Counted from the stretch's first letter, positions 16,773 to 29,300 are shown. The stretch: DNA of 64,000 nt from an uncultured Hormoscilla sp. (GCA_963921275.4 OZ001293.3:2176001-2240000); one strand, 5' to 3'. The notes: a model not told the origin generated them from the letters alone. A program made the numbers and translations.

Positions 16773-17582
16773 TTAGTCATCAGCCATCTTTGGATTCAGA
16801 GTTGCTAATAATATTGTTAAATCATCATCCGTGCGTTCTGTAATCCGGGGGTGACGTAAGAATTCCATCAATTGCACCTTGGCTGAATCTTCATCTGTTG
16901 CCTCTGCTACAAACCGGAACAGAGGCGAGAAAAACGGTGGGTGGGGCGTTCCTTCGGGAAGTTTCAAAGCCAGTCGCTGTAATCCATCGGAGAAGATCGC
17001 CAGATGAGAGACTTCCCCCCGCCATACTTTGATTTGGGCCGTTTCTACCGCTTCTGGTGAGAGCAAGAATACAGTTTCATTCGCATATTCACCAGTTTCT
17101 GGAGTAGTGAGGCCGCTGAGATTGCCTTCATTATCCAGCACCACTGCCGCCCCGTCACCCACTTGGGCCGCAGCAACCACTCCTGGCGCGGCTACTACGA
17201 TAATTAAAGTTGTCGCTAAGTCCCGCAGTTCTACATCCCGCACTACAGCTTCTGCCGCGATCGCCTGTTGGGCGGCTGCCAGGGCCTCACTCAAGAACGA
17301 CTGCCAAGCCCGATCCTCCCTTTGCAATTGTAACGTTGCAGTATTGTTACCCAGGGTAGCTACAGCGGTTTGAGTCGCTATAGCAGACCCCACCTCTGAG
17401 AGAGCTGCCGAACCTGCACCATCAGCCACCGCTGATACCAGGATCCCTTTTGGCAATCTAGTCCAATCATAGGCATCTTGACAAGGCTGTCCCCGTTTTT
17501 CATGGCCCGTGCCCGGCACTGATGCTGGCACCACCCGCCAGTAATCTATTCCCTGTAAATTTTCAGCTTTACTTTTACTCAT
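16773..17582 (-). CDS. PP2C-family phosphatase (YegK-like)
   Basis: SVPGTGH...CQDA, AVADGAGSA, QVGDGA, FSDGLQ, RTDDDLT; start overlaps the vWA stop (TGATG). Confidence 0.9.
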   Translation of the reverse strand: MSKSKAENLQGIDYWRVVPASVPGTGHEKRGQPCQDAYDWTRLPKGILVSAVADGAGSAALSEVGSAIATQTAVATLGNNTATLQLQREDRAWQSFLSEALAAAQQAIAAEAVVRDVELRDLATTLIIVVAAPGVVAAAQVGDGAAVVLDNEGNLSGLTTPETGEYANETVFLLSPEAVETAQIKVWRGEVSHLAIFSDGLQRLALKLPEGTPHPPFFSPLFRFVAEATDEDSAKVQLMEFLRHPRITERTDDDLTILLATLNPKMADD

Positions 17583-18256
17583 CAGACAGTTCCCCAACCG
17601 GGCGGCGGCAAGGCCACCTGATCGTCTAGCTTAGAATGAGACACTGCTGACATACTAGCTGAAAGCCAGAGGAACATCTCAACAAAGTTTAGTCCTTTGA
17701 GCTTCACAGGCGTGCGGGTCACGATTTCCGCCAGACGTTCCATGTCCGCATTTTCCACCCCCACGGCAAAGAAGGCCACGTGCTTCTGAACTTCTTCATC
17801 TCTAATGCGCTGGGCGGCCTTGCTAACTACATCTTCCCCTTCTCCCTGGGGCGACCCATCGGTAATCATAAATACCCAGGGGCGATAGTAAGCAATGCCA
17901 TTGGCCCGATATTCGGCTTTGCGGGCTTGGATCCTGTCCAGGGCTTTGTGAATGGCGCTACCCATGAAAGTCTGGCCTTGGGCTGTCAGAATTGGCGACT
18001 CGAACTGGTCGCAGGTAACGAAGTCTTGCTCGATCCTGATATCGTTATTAAAGGTGACGATCGCCACTTCCACCCGGCGGGCTGCGAGGGAATCTTTGAT
18101 CAATTCTGCTCTAAAAGTTTGCAGTCCTTGATTTAAGGCATCAAGAGCCGGTCCCTGCATGGAGCCTGAGGTATCCAGCAGGAGAACGCAGGGACAACGA
18201 GGCTCTGGGTTTTCAGCAAATTCTACTGCTTCGTCTAGTCTTAAGCTATCGGGCAT
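17582..18256 (-). CDS. vWA domain protein (TerY/YegL-like)
   Basis: EFAENPEPRCPCVLLLDTSGSM MIDAS motif, YYRPWVFMITDG. Confidence 0.92.
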   Translation of the reverse strand: MPDSLRLDEAVEFAENPEPRCPCVLLLDTSGSMQGPALDALNQGLQTFRAELIKDSLAARRVEVAIVTFNNDIRIEQDFVTCDQFESPILTAQGQTFMGSAIHKALDRIQARKAEYRANGIAYYRPWVFMITDGSPQGEGEDVVSKAAQRIRDEEVQKHVAFFAVGVENADMERLAEIVTRTPVKLKGLNFVEMFLWLSASMSAVSHSKLDDQVALPPPGWGTV

Positions 18257-21200
18257 GGCTATGGAGTTAATCGGTTGTTCTGTTTCATGTTCTTCTAATT
18301 TGTAGCAAGTCAGCAGTAATTTCTGTAGATCTTTCCCGTCGCATTTGCACCAGGGGCCACGATGGTAAACTCATCAGAGGGGCCCAGACATCAAAATCCG
18401 GCAGTGTATAGACAAACAGTTGTTCGATATCGGGAATAGACCTAAATAATCGTAGCAAAAGTTCTGGGCAGGCGAACAGCACCCGACCACCCCGTTCCCG
18501 CACAACTGTAGCGTAACGAATAAACTGAATCACATCGCCAAAACCTTGTTCGGCATACAGGAGTATCCGGCGTCCTTGCAGATCGGCACCATCCCAACGA
18601 GGGCGTGAGAAAGCTATTTGGTGTTCTTTCTGAAAGTCCGGACATTGCCAGCGCCACTCATACTCGGCCCACCCCTGTTTTAAATCTCCTGAGAGTAGCA
18701 GTACCATGCCCAAGTTTTTGCGTGCTTTTCCGTAGTCTGCTGGCCGCAAGCCGATCGCCTCCCGATAACTGGCGATCGCCTCTTTAAGATTTCCCTTGAG
18801 ACATCCATAATTGTAGCGCCTCGCGGACTGAGACAAACACCTCTGACCAATCTTTTGCCTGGGACTGGCGAAACAAGCGCATAGTCGGATACCAGGGACT
18901 ATCCTCTCGATCTAACATCCAACGCCAGTCCGGGACGAACGGTAGCAACACCCAGACTGGTTTTCCTAGGGCCCCTGCCAGATGGGCCACTGCTGTATCT
19001 ACTGTGATGATTAAGTCTAGTTGTTGCATTGCAGCGGCCGTATCGGCAAAATCTTGCAATTCGGCATCTAAATCGATGAGATTATCTCGGCCCAATTGGG
19101 CGATTTCTGCCACCTGTTCTCCTTTCTGGAGACTATAGAAGGCAATGTCGCCGATCTCTAGGATCGGTAAAAAGTCAGATAACTTACAGGAACGGTCTTT
19201 TGCTGAGCCACTAGCCTGGTTTGTTCCCCAGACTATTCCTACTTTCTGTATCTCTTCTTTTGTTCCCTGGCGGGAGTTAGGGAACGAGAGTAAGCGCTAA
19301 AGCGCTTCTGACGGTGAATCACTCCGCAAATAAGGAATTTGGGCCGGTATGGTATCGAGGGTAGTTCCCAGAATATGAGGTAAAGTCATTAAACTTGCTT
19401 GCACGTCAAATTCTGGCCGGGGAGTTCCTTTTTCCACCAGCCTATCGAGCCCTGGGACCGTGCTAAATAACCGCAGTAATGGTTTTAGGCATTCTACTAT
19501 GACTTTCCCGCCCCGCTGCTCGACTAAAGGAACGTAGCGAATGAACTGAATGGCGTCACCCATACCTTGTTCGCAATAAAGTAGGATAGTACGTCCTTCT
19601 AGGAGCGAACCATCCCAGAGGGGTTGCTTGAATGCATAGATTGATTTTTTTTCCTGGGCATAGGTACCGCATTGCCAACGCCATTCACACTCAGCAAAAC
19701 CCTGTTTCATCTCTCCTAATAGCAACAGCAACATCCCCAGGTTATTGTGGACCAAGGCATCATCTGGACACTGGCCGAGCGCCTGCTGGAAATGCCCGAG
19801 AGCCTCCGAAAATTTTCCCAGCTTTTTCAGGGTATAAGCTAGATTATTATGGGCTTCTGGGTAGTCCGGCTTGAGGACGAGCGCCTGCTGGTACGCATCG
19901 ACTGCCTCTTCTAACTTTCCCATGAGATTGAGAATATTCCCCAGATTATGATAGGCTTCTACATAATCTGGCTGCAGGGCGATCGCCTGCCTGATATAGG
20001 TCAGGGACAATTCTAATTTTCCCTGTGTTTGCAGGGCTATTGCTAGGTTCTTATAGACCAAGGGAATGTGAGCTTGCAGGGCGAGCGCCTGTTGGTAGTG
20101 AGTAATGGCAGCATCTAACTTCCCTTGTTCATACAGGACTATTCCCAGTCCGATATGATTTTTCGGCTGGTTTGGTTCCAGAGCCAACGCTTGCTGGAAA
20201 TGCCCGCTCGCCTCTGTTAATTTTCCTTGTTCCCTGAAGACCACGCCCAAGTGACTATGGGCTTCCACGTGGTCTGGCTGCAATTGCAATACTTGACTGA
20301 AGTAGTCTGCACTTTCCTCTAGTTTACCATTCCCATGGGCGATCGCCCCCATTAAATTCAATGCTTCCGTGTTTTCAGGAGCTTGCCGAATAATTTCTTG
20401 GCACAGCTGTGCTGCTGCTGTCAACCTGCCTTCCTTGTATGCTACTAGCGCCCTGTTCGTCAACTCGCGCTCGTCAACATTATGGTTTGGGTTCAGGGCC
20501 GTGCGTCCGGGGACATCAAGCTCCCGAGAGGCGATGAAGGATACTAACGCTGCTTTCACCTCTACAAATACTCCCGTCCAATCTCCAGGCTGGGACTGAC
20601 GGAACAAACGCATGGTAGGATACCAGGGAGAGTCCTCTCGATCTAACATCCAGCGCCAGTCGTGGCTATAGGCTAGCAGGGTCCAGACTGGTTTGGCGAG
20701 GGCACCGGCTAGATGGGCTACTGAGGTGTCTACTGTTATTACTAGGTCTAGTTCTTGGATGATCGCTGCGGTGTCGGCAAGGTCATTCAGCTTGTCTCCG
20801 AGGAAGATTAGATTTTTGGCGTTGGCTTGGGGGGGTTGGGAGACTCCCTTTTGGAGGCTATAGAGGGTGATGTCTGGCAGGGACAGCAGTTGTATGAAGT
20901 ACTGGATGTCGCAGCCGCGACTGGCGTAGTCGAGTGCCTGTGGCCTCGGAGCACAGACTATGCCTACTTTGAGTTTGTCTGATGTTTGTGGGAGGAGGCT
21001 CTTTATGGCTTCGTTCTCTTCTCTTGCGTGTAGATAGGGTACTTGGGCCGGAATCTTCTCTTCGGTGGTGGTCCCTAGCAGGTAGGGCAAGCTCATGATG
21101 CGGGCACGAAGGTGATGTTCTGGCATCGATGAGGGGGGATCTTCGATGAAATCTTCGATCTCTGGTATAGTAGAGAACAATCGCTTTAATGCTGGAGAGC

Positions 21201-21987
21201 AAGCAACAATCACTTTATCACCCAACTGCTTTACCAAGGGGGCGTAGCGAATAAACTGGATGGCGTCGCCTAAGCCCGATTCTGAATAAAGCAAGATGGT
21301 CTGCCCTGGAAATGGCGAACCATCCCAAAGGGGTGCAGGCGAAAAGTGATAGATAGGCCTAGCAAATCCCGGGAATTGCCAACGCCATTCATGCTCAGCA
21401 AAACCCTGTTGCAAGTCTCCAGATAGCAGCAATGCTGTTCCTAGACAAAAATGGCCGTAGACGGAATTGGGGGCTAGGGCTATCGCTTGCCGAAAATACC
21501 CGAGCGCCTCTGTTAATTTTCTTTGTTGCCCGAGGACCAAGCCCAACTGAATATAGGCTTTCACGTCGTTAACATTATAGTTTGGGTTCAGGGCCAATGC
21601 TTGCTCTCTATGCTGCAACTTTCCCTCGTTATCAGGCCCGGCCTGGTAACGTTGGGCCAGGGTGAACCGCAATACTGCTTCCATCTCTACAAATACTCCC
21701 GTCCAATCTCCAGGTTGGGACTGACGAAAGAGGCGCATAGTCGGATACCAAGGAGAATCTGGGCGATCGCGCATCCAGCGCCAGTCAGGGGAAAAAGGCA
21801 AGAGAGTCCAAACCGGTTTTCCCAAAGCCCCGGCCAGATGGGCCGCTGCGGTATCTATAGTAATCACCAAATCCAAGAATTGGATAATCACAGCAGTATC
21901 AGCAAAGTCATTCAACTTATCTGAGAGGAAAATAATATTTTTGTTGTCTTGCAGTTCCAGGGGTTGGGGGAAATCCTTTTGGAGACT

Positions 21988-22858
21988 GTGCGATTCGTTC
22001 TAGCCTAACGTGGTCAAACACGGAACGCTAGCCCGGTTTCATTAGCCGGGAACTCTGACCGCATGGGGGTTAAATTCCCCTCCCCCCAGGTACGGGGGTG
22101 ACACCGGTCCTCGGTGCTACGAAGCGACATCATCGTGGTGCTAAGCGAGGACTCAAATGTAGGATAACTGGCAGCCTAAGCCGGTGACGCCGCTAGGAAA
22201 GATATCCAAGGTTAGAGCAGGCAAACATGTGCAAGCCTCGTTATAAGGAACCAGCGAAATAAGGCTATATGCGCTGGCCTAAAAAGGAAATGGTAGCTAG
22301 TATTAGTTTTAGACTCTGGCTAATATAGTACTCAAATAGCTCCCGGGGTATAGTGTGGACCTAAAGGTATCGCGAAATGTTGTTAGGGAACGAAGTAACC
22401 TCTCGTGTGCTGTCCATCAGGACAAGTTAGATGTTAAGCGCAAGCCACGGGGGGAGGGATGGCCCAAGAAGCGAATGCCCGGGGTAATTCCTGGGATAAC
22501 ATCTACAGTAATGTAGATGATGCTGGGTAGCCAGCGCTGACGTGGGTCGGTGATACTAGGAAGCTGCTGGAATGAGTAATCCTAAAAAGCCACGGAACTA
22601 ATCCGAAACGCAAGTGGAGGATAAGGTATGGATAACTGGTAAAACTGACTTGAAAATGGTGATACTAACGGTTATCAGAACAACCACTCGCTAAACCAGG
22701 AAAGGGAAGAAAAGACAGGCGGCAAGGGCTAACGGAAGTAATTCCTATTAAGTCTACCTATGAAAAGGGCCTAGTACCCAGTAGCCGGATGCGGTGAAAA
22801 TCGCAAGTCCGGTTCCTCAAGGGAGGGTCGGGAAGCGATTCCCGGCTCGACCCCATCC
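21988..22858 (+). mobile_element. ORF-less group II intron, family B copy 1 (871 nt), antisense in the TPR-GT gene
   Basis: GTGCGATTCG start; DV agccggatgcggtgaaaatcgcaagtccggttc; ends cgaccccatcc; target GGAGACT|ATAG. Confidence 0.95.
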
Positions 22859-24095
22859 ATAGAGAGTCATGCCAGGCAGAGAAAGCAGCAGTTTTAAAAA
22901 GTGCTTGAGATCGCAGGAACGCTTGCCGGATGTAGGATCGTTTAGTTTTGAGGCCCAAACAATACCCACTTTAAACTTATCTGACGTTTGTAGTGATCCA
23001 CTGTACTTTACGGCCTCCTCTTCTTTTGCGTATAAATAAGGAACTTGGGCCGGAATATTTTCCATAGTAGTACCCAGCAGATGAGGCAAACTCATGAGGG
23101 GGGCGCGAAAGTTAATTTCTGGCAGGGGGTCTCCATCTACGATCAAGCGATCGAGCTCTGGTATAGTAGAGAATAATCGCTTTAATGCTTGAGAGCAAGC
23201 AACAATTACCTTACCACCCTGCTGCTTTACTAAGGGGGCGTAGCGAATAAACTGGATCGAATCACCCAAACCCTGTTCTTCATAAAGTAAAATAGTCTGT
23301 CCAGCCAATGGCTTTCCATCCCAAAGGGGTACAGATAAGGAGTAATAGGGACGCTGAGCAACTTCCGACAATTGCCAACGCCATTCATACTCAGCAAAAC
23401 CCTGTTGCAAGTCTCCAGATAGCAGCAATGCCATTGCTAGACCCCAATGGCCGTAGACGTAATTGGGGTCTAGGGCTAAGGCTTGCCGAAAATGCCCGAT
23501 CGCCTCATCTATCTTGTTCTGTCCTGTCAGGGTATCACCATAGATGCAGAGCAATTGCGGGCTATTGGGTTTCAGGGACAGGGCCTGACGATAATAACCG
23601 CTCGCCCGTTCTAGTTGACCAGTTCGATAATATAGCTGGCCTAGCAGCTGCATAACATTAACATTATACGGTTCTTGCTGGAGAATTTGGTGGTAACTCC
23701 GTTCGGCATCCTCCAACTTTCCCGCTTGGTAATGGGCCAGGGCGATCTGCAATTGGGAATTTGTATCGTAGGTTTTTTCGGGTGTCAACGGGACTGGGGA
23801 AATAGTTATTGAATCCCTCTGCTGTGGGGACAGGTTTGACATTAGCAGTGCCAGGTTATTACGAGCTTCTAGGTAATCTGGGCGCAGGCTGAGTGCTTGC
23901 TGCAAGTGCCCGATCGCCTCATTTATCTTACCTGTTTCTACTAAGGCTATGGCCATGTTATTATGCAATTCAGGATTGGCCGAGTTTAAGGCTAGGGACT
24001 GTTGGTATAATTGAATCGCCCGTTCGTACTGGCCCTGAGAATAGGCTCCCCACCCTAGGATGCGCAGGACATCTGCATCATTGGGGTGCTGCTGT

Positions 24096-24966
24096 GAATG
24101 GGGTCGAGCCGGGAATCGCTTCCCGACCCTCCCTTGAGGAACCGGACTTGCGATTTTCACCGCATCCGGCTACTGGGTACTAGGCCCTTTTCATAGGTAG
24201 ACTTAATAGGAATTACTTCCGTTAGCCCTTGCCGCCTGTCTTTTCTTCCCTTTCCTGGTTTAGCGAGTGGTTGTTCTGATAACCGTTAGTATCACCATTT
24301 TCAAGTCAGTTTTACCAGTTATCCATACCTTATCCTCCACTTGCGTTTCGGATTAGTTCCGTGGCTTTTTAGGATTACTCATTCCAGCAGCTTCCTAGTA
24401 TCACCGACCCACGTCAGCGCTGGCTACCCAGCATCATCTACATTACTGTAGATGTTATCCCAGGAATTACCCCGGGCATTCGCTTCTTGGGCCATCCCTC
24501 CCCCCGTGGCTTGCGCTTAACATCTAACTTGTCCTGATGGACAGCACACGAGAGGTTACTTCGTTCCCTAACAACATTTCGCGATACCTTTAGGTCCACA
24601 CTATACCCCGGGAGCTATTTGAGTACTATATTAGCCAGAGTCTAAAACTAATACTAGCTACCATTTCCTTTTTAGGCCAGCGCATATAGCCTTATTTCGC
24701 TGGTTCCTTATAACGAGGCTTGCACATGTTTGCCTGCTCTAACCTTGGATATCTTTCCTAGCGGCGTCACCGGCTTAGGCTGCCAGTTATCCTACATTTG
24801 AGTCCTCGCTTAGCACCACGATGATGTCGCTTCGTAGCACCGAGGACCGGTGTCACCCCCGTACCTGGGGGGAGGGGAATTTAACCCCCATGCGGTCAGA
24901 GTTCCCGGCTAATGAAACCGGGCTAGCGTTCCGTGTTTGAGCACGTTAGGCTAGAACGAATCGCAC
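24096..24966 (-). mobile_element. ORF-less group II intron, family B copy 2 (871 nt), sense in the TPR-GT gene
   Basis: Reverse complement of copy 1 with very few differences; ends cgaccccattc; target GGATTCT|ACAG restores the reading frame. Confidence 0.95.
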
Positions 24967-25455
24967 AGAATCCTCAAGTATATCTGTTCTGCTTCCCTTA
25001 CTTGTCCTCTTTGGTAATGGACTGCTGCTTGGGAAATTAATTGAGAATATTCTCTCGGAGAGTTAACTTGCTTCGATTTTTCGCGTAGCGTTCTCCTGCC
25101 AACTTTGAGTTTTTTCCTTTTGCCGCGCTTTGCCATCCTGTTTTCCCTTCTCCTGCCATTGTAATCTAACTTGTAAGGGGCACAAAATCGCTGAAGCCCT
25201 TATCATGCAAGGCTTATACCTCTATTCAGCAAGCCCTAGTTAGCATAAGCATAACCAATTCTCCCTCCAGAAAGCGCCAAGTTTAACAATACTTTACAAA
25301 ATCTTAATAATAAACCGCTATGGAGCCTTGGCACCGGCGATTTCAACAGGGGGGCCTTAGACTGGCAACTGCTGCTAATGTCGTCAGGGCGCCGGTCTTG
25401 GCCTCTGGCCCCAATGCGATCGCGTAGCGTGCGCGCAGCGCATTCGCCCCTAAAA

Positions 25456-26322
25456 TCAAGCAAGGCCAGCGCCTTTATTTTTGGTGCGAACGCGCTGATA
25501 CAATTCCTCCATCACTTCAATGAAAGAATTATCCTGGCGCCAAAAAGAGGGGAAATCTCCAGCTTTTTTAACCGCGATCGCGGGAATGCTAGCTACCGAA
25601 GCTGTTTCCACCTGTTGAGGTAAGCGCTTGGCCCCGTGCCAAAAATTTTTGGGAGGCAATACATCTGGTAACTCTAGCTTTTCTGGGGTGGTATAGTAAG
25701 ACTCAAGGGGTTCAATTTTTCGCGCAGCGTTCGGGCTTTCTGGGGTAGCGATCGCCTCAGAGAGAACCTTTCCCAGAGGAGTTTGGGCCAGTTCTGCTTG
25801 CAACGTTGACCTTTCAACGCCCCGCAGTTCAAAGAGTAAAAAGGGGTCTTGGTCCAACTCCGAGGCCACTAAATAATAAACCCCAGCAATATGTTTACAG
25901 GGGTTTGACAAGTCCGGACAGGAACAACTGGTATGAAATTCATCGCTGCGGTAAGGTAATAAATGCAAATTCAGGTGACGAAAAACATCATCAATATTGT
26001 CGGGCACCTCATTCATCAACAGTTTAGAGACCAAGCTAGCTTTCGACCCCAGGTAGGAGATGGCCTTAGACCAATCGGCAGAGGAAATCTTTTTAATTTC
26101 AATCTTTGTCTTATATAAATGTTCCTTGTAAACCCCCAAATGACGATTAATCGATCCCCTCACCCGGGCCTTAATTCTGCCATTAACAATCTGGAATTCT
26201 TTGACCTTGCCATTGCGGGCATAGCTGCGGCCTCGCCCCAGTCTAGCAGAGTCGGAAAACCTTTCTAGGGCCGCAATGAATCGTTTTCCCCACCAAGTTT
26301 TGCTAAATTGTTGTTTTACCAT
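25456..26322 (-). CDS. SWIM zinc finger protein
   Basis: RLGRGRSYARNG, CSCPDLSNPCKHIAGVYY, DPFLLFELRG. Confidence 0.9.
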   Translation of the reverse strand: MVKQQFSKTWWGKRFIAALERFSDSARLGRGRSYARNGKVKEFQIVNGRIKARVRGSINRHLGVYKEHLYKTKIEIKKISSADWSKAISYLGSKASLVSKLLMNEVPDNIDDVFRHLNLHLLPYRSDEFHTSCSCPDLSNPCKHIAGVYYLVASELDQDPFLLFELRGVERSTLQAELAQTPLGKVLSEAIATPESPNAARKIEPLESYYTTPEKLELPDVLPPKNFWHGAKRLPQQVETASVASIPAIAVKKAGDFPSFWRQDNSFIEVMEELYQRVRTKNKGAGLA

Positions 26323-26351
26323 TCTGAGATTTCTCCTTACCTACAACATCA

Positions 26352-29300
26352 CTAGAGAATAGCTTGACGGTTTAAGGCAATTAACTGCTTAAAGCTTTCA
26401 TTATCAAGTTCGGTCAACCAAGATTCATCAGAACCGACGATCGCACTAGCGACCTTCTTCTTATCTTCGATCATCTGGTCAATGCGTTCCTCCAATGTAC
26501 CTAGGGTAACAAATTTATGGACGAAAACATTTTTTTCTTGACCAATTCTAAAGGCCCGATCGGTCGCTTGGTCTTCCACAGCGGGATTCCACCAGCGGTC
26601 AAAATGGAAAACATGATTGGCCTTAGTGAGGGTAATTCCTACCCCGCCTGCTTTTAAGGAGAGGATAAAAGCTGTCGGGTCAGTTTCCGGGTCTTGAAAC
26701 TCTGCAATCATTTGTTCCCGTTTTGTCCGACTCGTACCTCCATGCAGGTAATAAGTATTGTAACGCATGGTCAGCTTCAAGTATTTTTGCAGGGCCTCGC
26801 CAATCTCGGTAAACTGGGTAAAGATTAACAAGCTTTCTCCTTCTGAGATTACTTCTTCTGTCATTTCCCCCAAGCGTGCAAATTTGTGCGATCGATCGGG
26901 AGAGAATTCACTGCCATCTTGGAGGTACTGGCGGGGATGATTGCAAATTTGCTTTAGCTTTATGAGGGTAGATATGGTCAATTCCTTGCGCTGAATACCT
27001 TCGACTTCTTGTAACTGTTTTTCGACATCCTTGACAACGGCCTCATATAAGGAGGCTTGTTCCTGAGTCAGGTTGCAATATTGCTTGAGTTCGACTTTAT
27101 CGGGCAAGTCTTTAATAATCTGCTTGTCGGTCTTCACCCGCCGCAGGATAAATGGTTCGACCAATTTCTTTAGGACTCTGGCCTGGATTTTATTGTTCTC
27201 CTTTTGAATGGGCTGTTCAAAGTTCTTTCTAAATTGGGCTTCTTTGCCTAAATATCCGGGATTGAGAAAGTTAAATATCGACCACAAGTCTAATGGGCGA
27301 TTTTCTACTGGGGTCCCTGTTAAGGCTAGACGATGGTGGGCGGTAAGTTTTAAGATTGCTTGGGTTTGGGCTGTTTTATGGTTCTTGATGTTGTGGGCTT
27401 CGTCCAGGACGATCCGCTGCCAGGTGACTTTTTGTAGTAGTTTAATGTCTTTGCGGGCTAGGGTAAAGGTGGTTATTACGATGTCCTGCTTTAAGCTAGC
27501 TGCCTGGAATATTGTTTCATCTTCGATCCGATTGCGACCATGATGGATCATGCTTTGCAGGTGTGGGGCAAATTTTTCGATTTCCTTTTGCCAGTTTCCT
27601 ACTACGGAGGTAGGGGCAATTAACAGGGTTGGTGGGATGCGATCGCCTGTATTTTCTAGATCCCGTTCGGTGACCAAGCGGCCAATTACTTGTAAAGATT
27701 TACCCAACCCCATGTCATCGGCCAGACAACCATTTAATCCTAACTGTTCGAGATATTGAATCCAGGAAACACCTCGTTTCTGATATTCTCGGAGAGTACC
27801 TTGCAACTGTGGGGGATTGGCAATTGGTTCCAGCTTGCTGGGGTCGTGTAATCCGGCCATCATTTCCCCTAATGTAGCGTCTGGTTCCAGTTCCCATTCT
27901 TTCATATCTTCTGCCGTTTTTTTCCACAAATCTAACAGAGTCATTTCCGGCTGTTCTTCACTGTGCGTAGCCCAAAAATCCAGCATTTGCTGCATCTGAT
28001 TTTGGTCCAACTCCATCCACTGGCCCCGGAATTTGACTAAGGGAGTTTTGACATTAACTAACTGCTGCCATTCTTCGGCGCTAACTGCTTGGCCCCCGAT
28101 CGCCAGTTCGTATTCATATTGGACGATCGTCTGCAGATTAAAATAGCCTTTCCCCGCCGAGGATACAGCTTTCTTAGAGGAAGAAGCCCTCAGACGAATT
28201 TTCGCCCGCTGGCGGCCCGCCGGCGTCCACCAGGCGGGAACCATGACCTTATAACCAGCATCTTCCAATACCCAAGCACTTTCCTTGAGAAAGGCAAAAG
28301 CTTCGGTTATCGTTAAGAGAAAACCCACTGGCCGATCGGTTTCCAATCCCGTCCAGATTTTAGGATACATCCGGGCGGCATAGCCCAAGTTTAACAGCAA
28401 GTCTTTCTCAAAATCTCGACCAAATTGCTTTTGCATCGCCTTTTTGGCTGCCGGTGCCAGATGCCAATAATCCACCAAGTCCAATTTCAGGGACGGGTCT
28501 TTTTTTAAGGAAGCCAGAAATTTAATCTGCCAATCATCATCAACGTTTTCGGACTGCGGTGACTCTAACTGAAAAACCAGGTGAAAAGCTGCCGCTGTTT
28601 GGGCCCCAATCAGCTTTTCCTTCCAACCTTGCCATTGTTGATACTCTGCCAGCACCTCGGGACTATTCTGTTGGCTGACTGGGCAATGAATAGATCTCGA
28701 GAGTAATTGAGAACCGCTAATTTTCTTGTCAAAGGCTGCCGTCCAGGGAGTATTGACAACGATATTCTGCAACAAGCATTCGGAAAAATGGCGCAGTAAG
28801 GTAGGGCGATCGTAAAATTCCCGTTCGGGACTGGCCTTTCCCGAAACGCAGGCCAAGGGCATATAATCGATATATGCTGCGATCTGGGACTCATACTGTT
28901 CGGAAATAATTTCCCAACCAGTATAGATTTCCCAAGCGGGGGGTTTCTTTTTGCCCTTGCCCTTCGTCGCCGGCAATTCCCGATACTTAAAAGCCGGGAT
29001 ATATTGGTCCTTGAGGATAACTTGCTTGAAGGACTGGGTGTAGTGATACCAGAAGAGAAGATCGGCACCCAACCCGATTTCTGAGGAGTTATGGAGGGCC
29101 AGGAAATACAAGTCACTGAGCGCTTTAATCACTGCTTTAACTTGATAGCAGTCAATTTCCCAAGCTTGCCATTGGGAAGGTTCCTCCGGTTCCACTTCCA
29201 GATAGCGAATCAATTCTACAGAAGGTAGGGGTGCCCCTTCAGTGCTGGGCAGAATAAAATATTTAGGAGAAATCTGCTCGCTAAGGTCGGGGGATTTGGC

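Larger units (their letters stand above)
18285..25136 (-). pseudogene. Giant multi-module TPR + glycosyltransferase (GT9-like C-terminal) gene: exons 25136-24967, 24095-22859, 21987-19297, then frameshifted pieces down to ~18360
   Basis: Removing the intron at 24096-24966 gives YLRILQQHPND; removing the one at 21988-22858 gives PGMTLYSLQKDFPQ, in frame with ORF 19297..21915. The module EYEWRW...EQGxGDxIQFIRY...DFADTAA...DWRW...SPWYPTMRLFRQ repeats about four times. Confidence 0.85.

Noticed and set aside
21988..22858. The 871-bp repeat as an IS/MITE, or as an intron encoding an RT
   Set aside because: No terminal inverted repeats or target duplication; GTGCG start and domains V/VI identify a group II intron; domain IV has no long ORF
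22817..24160. Stand-alone 447-aa gene starting MKIASPVPQG
   Set aside because: Both ends are read from intron domains V/VI; the true content is an internal exon 24095-22859
24951..25136. Stand-alone 61-aa gene
   Set aside because: It is exon 1 of the TPR-GT gene; the CDSF* tail comes from the intron 5' end, as in pcrA
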